From an uncultured Actinomycetota bacterium (GTDB lineage Bacteria > Actinomycetota > Actinomycetes > JAHEKZ01): a DNA stretch of 64,000 bases. The translations under genes and the position numbers were made by a program. Each line of letters begins with the position of its first letter. Position 1 is the stretch's first letter. The notes beneath the pieces were generated by a model. It did not search any database. It worked only from the letters and a program-made list of their open reading frames with translations, and had not been told where the DNA came from. Below, piece after piece: positions 19,901 through 28,926 of the stretch. The stretch is from the NCBI GenBank assembly GCA_963829525.1, contig CAWHIJ010000003.1:992001-1056000 (forward strand), given 5' to 3'.

Positions 19901-20670
19901 TAGCTGGAGTTGAACCAGTCGGCTGACTCTGGGACGTCGGTCTGGTCACCGAATACCTGGGGTGATGCGACGGGCAGGTCGGCGTACCAGTCGTAGAACG
20001 ACAGCATGGCCCCTCCCAGCATGCTGATGAATCGGGCGCCAGCTGCGTGCGAGGCCATTGACATGGCCGGAATCGGGCTGAACCCGAAGACTCGGTCAGG
20101 ACCGTACTTCTTGATGGTGTGCACATGAGCCGCTGCAACGAGTTCGGCAACCTCATCCCAGTGGGCGCGCACCAAGCCACCCTTGCCGCGTGCGCGTTGG
20201 TAGCGGCGACGCTTCTCTGGGTCGTCGACCACGGCAGCCCACGCAGCTACTGGGTCACCATGCAGCTTCTTGGCTTCGCGGTACATCTCGAGCAGGGCGC
20301 CGCGCACGTATGGGTAACGAAGCCGCGTGGGGGAGTAGGTGTACCAACTGAAGGCAGCACCCCTTGGGCATCCACGTGGCTCGTACTCCGGTGAGTTCGC
20401 TCCGATCGAGGGATAGTCGGTCTGTTGCGTTTCCCAGGTGATGATGCCGTCCTTGACGTAGACCTTCCACGAGCACGACCCGGTGCAGTTGACGCCGTGG
20501 GTTGAGCGGACGACCTTGTCGTGGCTCCAACGGTCGCGGTAGAAGATGTCGCCCTCACGACCACCTTCGTGGGTGACGGTGCGGAGATCGCCAGACACTT
20601 CGGACCGGCGAAGCAGTCGTCCGGCTTTGACAAGCAGGTCAGCAGCTGGACCGTCGGTGCGAATGGTCAT
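16993..20670 (-). CDS. narG: Respiratory nitrate reductase alpha subunit
   Basis: STHGVNCTGSCSW, PRGCPRG and YDWYADLP. ATG 20670 with RBS AAGGAAG is preferred over the ORF-track start at 20748. Confidence 0.97.
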   Translation of the reverse strand: MTIRTDGPAADLLVKAGRLLRRSEVSGDLRTVTHEGGREGDIFYRDRWSHDKVVRSTHGVNCTGSCSWKVYVKDGIITWETQQTDYPSIGANSPEYEPRGCPRGAAFSWYTYSPTRLRYPYVRGALLEMYREAKKLHGDPVAAWAAVVDDPEKRRRYQRARGKGGLVRAHWDEVAELVAAAHVHTIKKYGPDRVFGFSPIPAMSMASHAAGARFISMLGGAMLSFYDWYADLPVASPQVFGDQTDVPESADWFNSSYLIMWGSNVPVTRTPDAHFMTEARYRGQKVVVVSPDYADNTKFADEWLAPHPGTDGALGMAMGHVVLKEFFVDRQVPRFIDYVQQYTDLPYLVRLREQDGAWVPDKFVTAEDLGIETEAAAWKPVLVDSATGRPHVPHGSLGDRFSESGKGHWNLDLEGVEPALSLHGAENTDTAEILLPRFDLGQEQNEGGGILRRGVPVAQLGDMTVTTVFDLMLAQYGVGRDGLPGQWPTGYDDPAPYTPAWQEEITGVPAEQALRIGREFAQNAEDSGGRSMILMGAGTNHWFHSDTIYRTFLALVTLTGCQGINGGGWAHYVGQEKCRPVTGWAQLAFGLDWQRPPRQMIGTAFWYVNTGQWRYDGLPADTLASPLGSGRWNGMTAIDTLAQSARSGWMPSYPSLNRNSLDLADEARAAGADADDYVVEQIKSGDLSFAIDDPDAPENWPRILTVWRANLLGSSSKGNEYFLKHLLGTDHAVRAEESAEEHRPRDVAWRETPDEGKLDLLVSIDFRMTGTGLYSDILLPAATWYEKHDLSSTDMHPFVHAFTPAIDPPWETKSDHDIFHALGRKVSDLAAGHLDEREDLVMVPLLHDTPDAMSVPHGIVKDWRAGEVEAVPGVTMPKFVVVKRDYTAIGAKMSALGPLVEKLGTLTKGVNVRPGPEVEALARTNGVIADGVAAGRPSLVTDVHVCETILALSGTTNGRVAVEGFRQLEARTGRQLADLALDNEGKRITFPDTQARPVPVITSPEWSGSEHGGRRYTAFSINVDRLKPWHTLTGRMHFFLDHDWMTELGEQLPIYRPPLNMHRIFGDQGSGVGKEVTVRYLTPHSKWSIHSEYQDNLFMLSLSRGGPEIWMSVEDAEQIGVKDNEWIEAYNRNGVVVARAIVSHRMPKGTVFMYHAKDRVVDVPRTETSGMRGGIHNSLTRLMLKPSHLVGGYAQLSFFFNYLGPTGNQRDEVTVIRRRSQEVVY

Positions 20671-20692
20671 GAGGCTTCCTTTGTCTCTTTGG

Positions 20693-21346
20693 CTACGCCG
20701 AGGGTGTGACGGGCCCGAGGTGGGCGACGCAAAGGCCAGGTCGGGCATCTATGTCGAAGTCGTTCACGGCAAGTCCGGACTCGGTGACGGCCAATGATCC
20801 GCGCATGAGCCCGAGGTGAATCTCGCAAACGCCGGGGAAGGCTTCCCGGATCGACGAGTAGGGGCAGGCGCGCAGGTAGATGCGATCGGAGAGTGGTTCG
20901 GTGGCAGCGTCGAAACCGAGCTCGGAGAACAGGGTCGTTACCTGCTCGACGGCATCGGCAGACGACGAGGTGGCTCGGAGGCGACCTTCTTCCACCAAAG
21001 CCTGGGCCCAGAGCAGACCGGCTTCGTCAGCCGTTCGCTGGTCGGTGCCGCCGATGATCGTGAGCTCGTTGGCGAGCGCTGCGGCGAGAGTCTTGTAGGC
21101 GTCCTGCTGCCGAGGCTCATCGGGTGCAAGTTCGTAGAGGACGCGTGGTCGTCCGCGCCCTCCGGTGTGCTCGCTCTCGCGGCTCACGATGCCGAGGTGG
21201 ACGAGCAGTTCCAGGTGACCGCGCACTGTGTTGACGTGAAGACCGACCTGCTCGGCGATGTCGGCGACGGAGAGCGGTGCATGCGCTTCCCGGATGGCCT
21301 GCAGGACCGCCTGGCGGCCTTGCCTGGCCTCCCGCTCGTCGCCCAT
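20693..21346 (-). CDS. wHTH transcriptional regulator with C-terminal Cys motifs (ArnR/SufR-like)
   Basis: IAEQVGLHVNTVRGHL..GRGRP HTH; C-terminal CPY..CEIH..C; lies immediately upstream of narG. Confidence 0.8.
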   Translation of the reverse strand: MGDEREARQGRQAVLQAIREAHAPLSVADIAEQVGLHVNTVRGHLELLVHLGIVSRESEHTGGRGRPRVLYELAPDEPRQQDAYKTLAAALANELTIIGGTDQRTADEAGLLWAQALVEEGRLRATSSSADAVEQVTTLFSELGFDAATEPLSDRIYLRACPYSSIREAFPGVCEIHLGLMRGSLAVTESGLAVNDFDIDARPGLCVAHLGPVTPSA

Positions 21347-21579
21347 CGCTGCTCCCGCGCTTGATTCCGTTTTAATGGCCAGTTGGATCCTTGCGCGTCG
21401 GTGACGCCAGGTCTTGGGACTTTGGTCCCGCTTTCTGACGCCTTTCTGAGCGTGAGAGTCGATGAGCCATTTGAAACGGAGGGCAGCGATTTCAGCTGAT
21501 TAAGCACGGGACCGTGGAACCTGATTGCCGAGTGACTGCCCTTCTACCGTCGAGTGGGCATTCGACGAAGGAGCAACTC

Positions 21580-22962
21580 ATGACGACCACCGCCCCCGCG
21601 GCCCCCGACAGGACGTCGGAGCCGACGATGGCACGCCAAGAGGCACCCGGAAGTACCCGCGTCCTGGTGCTGTCGACCCTGTCGTTCACCTTGATGTTCG
21701 GTGTCTGGCTGATGTTCGGAGTTCTCGGCATTCCGATCCAGGCCGAGTTTGGGCTCTCGGACTCGCAGTTGGCGTGGATCGTGGCTGTCGCCATCTTGAA
21801 CGGCTCGCTCTGGCGTCTGCTGCTAGGAGTACTGACCGACCGCATCGGTGGACGCGTTATCACCATCACCATGCTGTTGGTCACCGCAGTACCGACATTT
21901 CTGGTATCCCAGCTCGACCTGACCTACGGGCTGCTCTTGCTGCTGGCCTTCCTGATCGGCTTCGCCGGCAACCTCTTCAGCGTGGGCATCGCTTGGAATG
22001 CTGCCTGGTTCACCCGGGCCCATCAGGGCTTCGCGCTGGGCATCTTTGGAGCAGGCAACGTCGGCGCGTCGTTGACGAAGTTCTTCGGGCCGGTGCTCAT
22101 CACTGCAACGGCCGGCAGTGTCTATCTTGGGGGACGGATCGAGGGCGGGTGGCGGCTCATCCCCGTGATCTACTCCGTCGCGCTCGTCGGCATGGCGATC
22201 ATCGTTTGGGTTCTGGCGCCGCGGCACGATCGAAAGCCAGGTCAGAGCAGGCCGCTCGGCGAGATGTTCCGGCCGCTGCGCGACGTTCGGGTGTGGCGTT
22301 TCAGTCTCTACTACGTGGCGGTGTTCGGCGCCTATGTCGCTCTGGCGGCTTGGCTACCGCACTACTACGTGAACGTGTACGGACTTGAGCTGCAGGCCGC
22401 CGCACTGCTCACAGCGCTCTTCATCTTTCCTGCGTCACTCCTTCGCCCCTTGGGGGGCTGGATGTCAGACCGGTACGGCGCTCGCCGGCTCATGTACTTC
22501 ACCTTTGGTCTCATGCTGACCGCACTGCTTTTCCTCGCTGCGCCCTTTGGCTACATCGTGCTCGAAACTTCGGAAGGCGCCCGAGAGGTAATGCCGTACT
22601 CGCTCGGCGTCGTTCCGTTCACGGTCTTGATCTTCCTTGTCGGCGTAGCAATGGGCATCGGTAAGGCAGCGGTCTACAAGCACATCCCCGAGTACTTCCC
22701 GGAGGACGTCGGTGCAGTGGGCGGCCTTGTGGGGATGCTCGGCGCCCTGGGGGGATTCTTCCTCCCTCCCCTCTTTGTGGCTGCGACCAGCTGGGTCGGG
22801 ATTCCTCAAGCCACGTTCATGGTGCTGTTCGTCCTCACCGCCTTCTGCGCAATTTGGATGCACCTCACTGTGATGCAGATGCTTCATCGGGCTAGCCCTG
22901 AGCTGAGTCGAAACCTTGAACAAAAGTCCCCAGCAAGTTCATCTGTCACGTCAGGAGTCTGA
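21580..22962 (+). CDS. narK: MFS nitrate/nitrite transporter (NarK1 type)
   Basis: Nitrate signature ALGIFGAGNVG, R-x-x-GG-x-x-SDR and GIGKAAVYK; RBS AAGGAG. Confidence 0.9.
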   Translation: MTTTAPAAPDRTSEPTMARQEAPGSTRVLVLSTLSFTLMFGVWLMFGVLGIPIQAEFGLSDSQLAWIVAVAILNGSLWRLLLGVLTDRIGGRVITITMLLVTAVPTFLVSQLDLTYGLLLLLAFLIGFAGNLFSVGIAWNAAWFTRAHQGFALGIFGAGNVGASLTKFFGPVLITATAGSVYLGGRIEGGWRLIPVIYSVALVGMAIIVWVLAPRHDRKPGQSRPLGEMFRPLRDVRVWRFSLYYVAVFGAYVALAAWLPHYYVNVYGLELQAAALLTALFIFPASLLRPLGGWMSDRYGARRLMYFTFGLMLTALLFLAAPFGYIVLETSEGAREVMPYSLGVVPFTVLIFLVGVAMGIGKAAVYKHIPEYFPEDVGAVGGLVGMLGALGGFFLPPLFVAATSWVGIPQATFMVLFVLTAFCAIWMHLTVMQMLHRASPELSRNLEQKSPASSSVTSGV

Positions 22963-22964
22963 GC

Positions 22965-24368
22965 ATGTCCGGATCAACCCAACTCGACCACCCTCGCGGC
23001 AAGGAGTGGCTCACCAACTGGGACCCAGAGAATGCCGATACTTGGGACTCTCCGCTCGCCTGGCGGACGCTCGGGGTCACCACATTCGCCCTGACGCTCG
23101 CGTTCTCCACCTGGTTTCTTGCGAGCGCTTTAGCACCGATCCTGACCAACCTCGGATTTGTCCTGAGCAAGGGCCAGCTCTACTGGCTCGCTGCCATGCC
23201 TGGCCTGGCTGGCGGATCGTTGCGGCTGATCTGGATGTTCCTGCCGCCCATTCTGGGAACCCGAAAACTTGTCACAGTCACGACGGCGCTGTTACTGCTG
23301 CCGTTGGCTGGATGGGCCATTGCGATCCAGAACAACGAAACCCCCTATTGGGTGCTGATGACCCTGGCCTTCTTCGCGGGTATCGGTGGCGGTGCTTTCA
23401 GCGGCTTCATGCCGAGCACGTCGTACTTCTTTCCGCGGCGCCTGCAGGGCACCGCACTGGGTCTGCAGGCCGGCATCGGGAACTTCGGTGTCAGCCTCGT
23501 ACAGTTCCTCACCCCCCTCGTGGTGGGCGTCAGCATGGTCGGCGCCTCGCAGGTGTTCACCGATCCGGCGACCGGAGACACGAAAGACGTCTGGTACCAG
23601 AACGCGGCCCTCGTGTACGTGCCGCTGGTGCTGATCGCGGCCATTCTGGCGTGGACGATGCTCAAGAGCGTTCCGGTCATCGCCAACTTCAAGCAGCAGA
23701 TGGATATCTACAGCAACCAGGACACCTGGTGGATGACCTACCTCTATGTGATGACCTTCGGCACCTTTGCCGGACTCAGTGCGCAGTTCGGGTTGTTGCT
23801 GAAGAACCTCTACGGAGCCGGTAACACCGCGATCGTCGAGACAGCTGCCAACGGATCAACCCAACTACTCATCCAGGGCTACTCCGTGCCCAATCCGATC
23901 AAGTATGTGTGGCTTGGCCCGTTGATCGGAGCCGGTGCGCGAGTGGTGTTCAGTCCGTTGACCGACAAGATGGGTGGCGCGATCTGGACACTTATCTCGG
24001 GGATCGGCCTTGTGGCCACCATCTCGTACACGATCACGACGCTGTCCCCAGACCCCACTGCGGGGGCTGAGGCACTGCACACCGACTTCACCCACTTCCT
24101 CTGGGGCATGCTCGCCATCTTCTTGTTCGCTGGCATCGGGAACGCCTCCACCTTCAAGCAGATGCCGATGATCTTCGAACGACGACAGGCCGGTGGGGTG
24201 ATTGGGTGGACGGCTGCGATCGCGGCGTTCGGGCCGTTCTTCTTCGGAGCGATTCTGGCCTGGTCCGAGCCGGAGCTCTTCTTCTCCCTTGGTGTCATCT
24301 ACGCCGTCATCGGCGTCGGCATCACCTGGGTGCGGTACGCGCGACCGGGAGCACCCAAGCCCGGCTAA
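22965..24368 (+). CDS. narK: MFS nitrate/nitrite transporter (NarK2 type)
   Basis: W-DPEN N-terminus, GLQAGIGNFG and GIGNASTFK. Confidence 0.9.
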   Translation: MSGSTQLDHPRGKEWLTNWDPENADTWDSPLAWRTLGVTTFALTLAFSTWFLASALAPILTNLGFVLSKGQLYWLAAMPGLAGGSLRLIWMFLPPILGTRKLVTVTTALLLLPLAGWAIAIQNNETPYWVLMTLAFFAGIGGGAFSGFMPSTSYFFPRRLQGTALGLQAGIGNFGVSLVQFLTPLVVGVSMVGASQVFTDPATGDTKDVWYQNAALVYVPLVLIAAILAWTMLKSVPVIANFKQQMDIYSNQDTWWMTYLYVMTFGTFAGLSAQFGLLLKNLYGAGNTAIVETAANGSTQLLIQGYSVPNPIKYVWLGPLIGAGARVVFSPLTDKMGGAIWTLISGIGLVATISYTITTLSPDPTAGAEALHTDFTHFLWGMLAIFLFAGIGNASTFKQMPMIFERRQAGGVIGWTAAIAAFGPFFFGAILAWSEPELFFSLGVIYAVIGVGITWVRYARPGAPKPG

Positions 24369-24383
24369 CCCCCATCAGGGCGG

Positions 24384-26592
24384 TCAGGGGGTGAAGGACC
24401 TCAGCCTGAGGGAGTTCCCCATCACAAAGAGGCTGGACGCCGCCATGGCCAGGCCAGCGATGATGGGGTTCAAAAGGCCAGCAGCAGCGAGCGGGATCGC
24501 GGCGACGTTATAGGCGAAAGCCCAGAAGAGGTTGCCCTTGATGGTGGCCAACACTCTGCGCGAGAGCTTGATGGCGTCCGGTGCGGCGCGAAGGTCACCG
24601 CGCACCAGCGTCAGATCGCTGGCCTGCATCGCAGCGTCGGTCCCGGTGCCCATCGCCAGTCCGAGGTCTGCAGTCGCAAGCGCGGGAGCGTCGTTGACGC
24701 CGTCACCGACCATGGCGACCACGCGGCCCTCTTGTTGAAGGCGTCGGACCTCGTCGACCTTGCCCTCGGGGAGCACCCCGGACACCACCAGGTCGATGCC
24801 GACCTCGGCGGCCACCGCTGATGCGGTTGTCGCATGGTCGCCGGTGAGCAGGATTGGCTCGAGCCCGAGATGGCGCAGCTCGCCGATGGCTTCGGCGCTG
24901 GTGGGCTTGACCGTGTCGCTGACCGCAATGTATCCGTGAACCGTGCCGTCCCAGGCAACGACGGCAACCGTGGCGCCACGGCCCTGTGCCTCTGAGACCG
25001 CGCGAGCCGTTCGGTCGGGGATGGGCACGCTCCAGTCAGCCATCCACGCGAGTTGGCCGACCACGACGGCGCGGCCGTCGACCACGCCGACGACGCCACG
25101 ACCACCATGGTTGGCGAACCCGTCGACGGGAGGGAGCGCCCCAACAGCCGCACGTGCGTGGGTCGCGATTGCCCTGCCGACCGGGTGCTCAGAGGCGTCC
25201 TCTACGGCCCCAGCAATGCGGAGGAGTTCGGTCTGATCGGTGCCGGGCATGCGCCACTACTTCCGTCACCGACATGCGTCCGGTGGTCACCGTCCCGGTC
25301 TTGTCGAGAACGATCGTGTCGATGCTGCGCGTCGACTCCAGAATCTCTGGACCGCGAATGACGATGCCGAGCTGCGCACCGCGTCCTGTCCCGACCAACA
25401 GCGCGGTTGGTGTCGCCAGCCCCAGAGCACAGGGGCAGGCGATGATCAGGACAGCAACTGCAGAGGTGAAAGCTTCAGCCGTTGACCCGGTGGCGAGATA
25501 CCAGCCGACCCACGTTGCCGCGGCGATAGCGATGACGAATGGCACGAAGACAGCTGCAACCCGGTCGGCGAGGCGCTGGACGGGTGCCTTGCCCGCTTGA
25601 GCCGCTGAGACCAGGGCAGCCATCTGCGCGAGCTGCGTGTCGGCGCCGACGCGGGTTGCACGAACCACCAGACGGCCACCGACGTTCACCGTCGCACCGA
25701 CGACGGCATCGCCGGCACCAACCTCGACCGGGACACTCTCTCCGGTCAGCATCGAGGTGTCGACAGCCGATAGCCCTTCGAGGACAACTCCGTCGGTGGC
25801 GATCTGCTCACCCGGGCGTACGACGAAGAGGTCGCCGACGGCGAGCTGTTCAATGGGGATGCGCGACTCCACGTCGTCGCGGAGGACTGCGACATCCTTG
25901 GCACCGAGGCTGAGGAGCGCGCGGAGGGCGGCACCGGACTGTTGCTTGGCGCGCCTTTCGAGGTAGCGACCGGCCACGATGAAGACCGTCACGACCGACG
26001 CGACCTCTAGGTAGATCTCTTCGTCACCAGATGCGTTGAGACTGACGGTCATCGTCATGCCGGTCATGCCGGCGTCACCGAAGAAGAGTGCGTACACCGA
26101 CCAGAGGTATGCAGCGCCAACACCGACGCTGATCAAGGTGTCCATCGTCGTTGTGCCATGTCGGAGGTTGACCCAGGCGGCCTGGTGGAACGGCCACGCC
26201 CCCCAAACGGCGACGGGCGAGGCCAGAGTGAGCGCCAGCCACTGCCAGTTGTCGAACTGCAGTGCCGGAATCATCGACATGAGGAGGACCGGGGTCGCCA
26301 ACACGGTGGAGACGATGAGTCGCTGACGCCACATCGCCGTCTCGGGGTCGAGGCTGTCGGCTGCTGGCTCGTTGTCGAGAGTCGGCAGCGCTGCTGAGTA
26401 TCCGAGCTTCTCGACGGTCGCGATTATCGCGTCGGTGCCGATGGAACCATCCGAGACGTTCACACGAGCGGTCTCGGTGGCGTAGTTGACGCTCGCCGAC
26501 ACGCCCTCGAGTTTGTTGAGCTTCTTCTCGATCCGGGCCGCGCAAGATGCGCAGGTCATGCCGTCGATCGTGAGCTCGACCGACTCGCTCAT
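24384..26592 (-). CDS. copA: Cu(I)-exporting P1B-type ATPase; +1 frameshift near 25251
   Basis: [21 protein letters not shown] and DKTGT in the 5' ORF; EHP, GDGVND, YN and MAASS in the 3' ORF. They join as VVA-MPGT if one base is removed. Confidence 0.88.
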
Positions 26593-26798
26593 GGGGCGAG
26601 GGCGTAGCCGGCCTCATCGACGGCTGCGGCGACGGCGTCCTGGGTGAGGGCCTCTGAGCTGACCACGGTGACGGCACCGCTCGAGAGCTCGACGTCGACA
26701 CGCTGGACGCCATCGAGCGCCGTGATCTCGTCGGTGACGGCCTTGACACAGTGACCGCAGGTCATGCCGGTCACTCGGTAGGTGCTGGTCACGGACAT
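26589..26798 (-). CDS. copZ: Copper chaperone (HMA domain)
   Basis: [17 protein letters not shown]; RBS GGGAGA; ATGA overlap with copA. Confidence 0.9.
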   Translation of the reverse strand: MSVTSTYRVTGMTCGHCVKAVTDEITALDGVQRVDVELSSGAVTVVSSEALTQDAVAAAVDEAGYALAP

Positions 26799-26855
26799 TG
26801 GTTCTCCCGAAGGTTTCAGCGCGGTAGTAGACGTCCCGTGGCCTTCAACCAAAGC

Positions 26856-27236
26856 CTAGGCCTTGATGTTCCCCCAGGCGCGCACGACGTCCCGCATCGA
26901 GATGATCCCCACCACGCTGCTGCCCTCGACTACGACGAGGTGCCGGAAGCCTCCTCGTTTCATCGCATCGGTTGCTTCGTCCAGGCTCCACCCCGGCGAG
27001 CCGTAGGCGGAGTCCTTGGTCAGGTGGTCAGTGGCCGTCGAAGTGTCGAGGTCGACGCCTCCGGCGACCGCACTCACGATGTCGCGCTCAGTCAAGATCC
27101 CCGGGCCGTCAGCTTCAGGGTCGTGAACGACAACCGACCCGATCTTTCGGTCGGCCATCACCTTGCTGGCCTCCCGCAGCGAGTGCGACGGACCGATGGT
27201 GACCACATCAGTGGTCATGGCGTCGGAGACGATCAT
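26856..27236 (-). CDS. CBS-pair domain protein
   Basis: MIVSDAMTTDVV..GILTERD..FRHLVV..GIISMRD; RBS GGGAGG. Confidence 0.9.
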   Translation of the reverse strand: MIVSDAMTTDVVTIGPSHSLREASKVMADRKIGSVVVHDPEADGPGILTERDIVSAVAGGVDLDTSTATDHLTKDSAYGSPGWSLDEATDAMKRGGFRHLVVVEGSSVVGIISMRDVVRAWGNIKA

Positions 27237-27325
27237 GGTGCACCTCCCGGGGCAGTACCTCCATGATCGATCTCGAGCGAGCCGCAAAGCAATGGCTGCA
27301 CGGAGTCATCTCGGTCAACCCTGAT

Positions 27326-27347
27326 AATCGATTTGACACTATCGATT
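27326..27347. promoter_or_regulatory. Operator-like inverted repeat upstream of the CBS-copZ-copA genes
   Basis: AATCGAT-TTGACACT-ATCGATT; a minus-strand TAGTGT (-10-like) overlaps it. Confidence 0.45.
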
Positions 27348-27575
27348 CCTACCCAACTTCCCGAATCCGTGCTGGCCACCCTGGGCCGAGCCGCTAGGAG
27401 GGTGACAAACGGAAAGCCACTCCTCTTGATAGACCTCGTCGACGAGGGGCGCGAGAGGGGGTTGATTGATAAGGCTGGGAAACGTCCCTCAGGAAGCCGA
27501 GTCCGAGCCGGAAATGGGCTTACCCCCGCCATGCGCGTTTCGGCGGACGGTTCCTCACCCGGGCGATATCGGCAC

Positions 27576-28511
27576 CTATGCGTGAGTGGCGGCGAGCCAA
27601 TCGAACAGCGCGGCCCGAACGGCGTCGGGCTGCTCGTACTGCGGCAGGTGCCCTGCGTCGCTGATCTCGACGTAGCGTGCATCCCGGATGGCTCGGGCGA
27701 TGGGCTTGTTCCACTCCGGGCCGCAGACGATGTCGTGCTCACCCGCGATCACCAAGGTCGGGCAGCTGACGGTCGACAGAGACGGCAGGGTGTTGGTCCG
27801 TGCATCGATCGGGTCGTCCGACCCGTACCACGCCAACTGCATGTCCATGTTCACCCGAAAGTCGTCCTGGATTCGGCGCACGTGTGGCGCGGACAGTGGC
27901 GTGGTGGGGTCGGAGAAGTACAACGGCCATGCCGGCCGGTAGGAGGCGTTGCCCTCCTCCTCGCTGATCTCGATGCCCGACTCGTACTGCGCCACCTCGT
28001 CGTTCAACCCATGGACGCCCGCGTCGTAGTAAGACCGACCCTCGTGACGGGCCAGGTTGCGCTCCCGCTCGGCAGTCGTGCGCTCGTAGTCGATTTCGGG
28101 GTTGCCATCAGCGCCACCGGGGTACCCGTTGATCACGATGAGTTTCTCGATCGACTCAGGGTGTGCGGCTGCCCACGCGGGAGCCAGGACGCCGCCCCAC
28201 GAGTGACCCATGATCGTCACTCGATCGAACCCGAGCGCCTTTCGGACCTGTTCCCACCAGTCGATGAGAGCGTCCAGTTCGTAGCCTGACGGGTCAACGG
28301 GTGGCGATGTCCGGCCGCAGCCTGGAGCGTTGACCAAGTGGCACCGGAACACGTCCTGGATCAACTCAGCGTCGGGTCGGGCCAGGTGCGCCCAGATGCC
28401 AGGGCCACCCTCGACCCAGATCAGCGGGGGGCCGTCGCCTACGGCCTCCCACTCGACGATCCCATCGTCCAGAGTCAGGGTGTCGGCCAGTTCGAAGTCC
28501 ACCAAGGTCAC
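27576..28511 (-). CDS. Alpha/beta hydrolase, proline iminopeptidase-like
   Basis: GGPG oxyanion motif, GHSWGG nucleophile, GEHD and AGHLP. Confidence 0.85.
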   Translation of the reverse strand: MTLVDFELADTLTLDDGIVEWEAVGDGPPLIWVEGGPGIWAHLARPDAELIQDVFRCHLVNAPGCGRTSPPVDPSGYELDALIDWWEQVRKALGFDRVTIMGHSWGGVLAPAWAAAHPESIEKLIVINGYPGGADGNPEIDYERTTAERERNLARHEGRSYYDAGVHGLNDEVAQYESGIEISEEEGNASYRPAWPLYFSDPTTPLSAPHVRRIQDDFRVNMDMQLAWYGSDDPIDARTNTLPSLSTVSCPTLVIAGEHDIVCGPEWNKPIARAIRDARYVEISDAGHLPQYEQPDAVRAALFDWLAATHA

Positions 28512-28926
28512 CCCGAGACAGTATCCCCGGAACACTCAGAGACCGCCCCGAATGCCGGATACAGATCCGCTATGCAGCCTTGCCCACGGTGGCCCCGACG
28601 ATCGCCTACAGCCAGTCAAGGCGTCTTGAGGAGCACACGGGCCCACTAGCTCAGAGCGCACCTACCCAGCCCCCGACAGATGGGGGGAAGCCTTGGGAAG
28701 GGTGAACAGTCACGCACGACAGCATCTTGAGAGGGGCAGAGATCAGTACCGCTTAGGGCTCTCGCTCACTGTCGTGGCCTCGATCTCGACGACGCTGCGT
28801 TGCGTTGACAATGTCACCCAGGTGGCCACGACTGGCCCGAGCTGTGCGCGTGCGGCTACTCGTGCTCGTATCGCCCTGGACCACTATCGTTCGTCCCCGA
28901 ACAGGTGAACGGAGTGTGGAGGGGAC

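Noticed and set aside
27333-28289. 318-aa plus-strand ORF, or an ncRNA in 27350-27570
   Set aside because: The ORF is antisense to the hydrolase, and I found no recognisable RNA family motif in the gap.
28540-28926. Short ORFs in the gap before sulP
   Set aside because: No convincing RBS, codon bias or motif.
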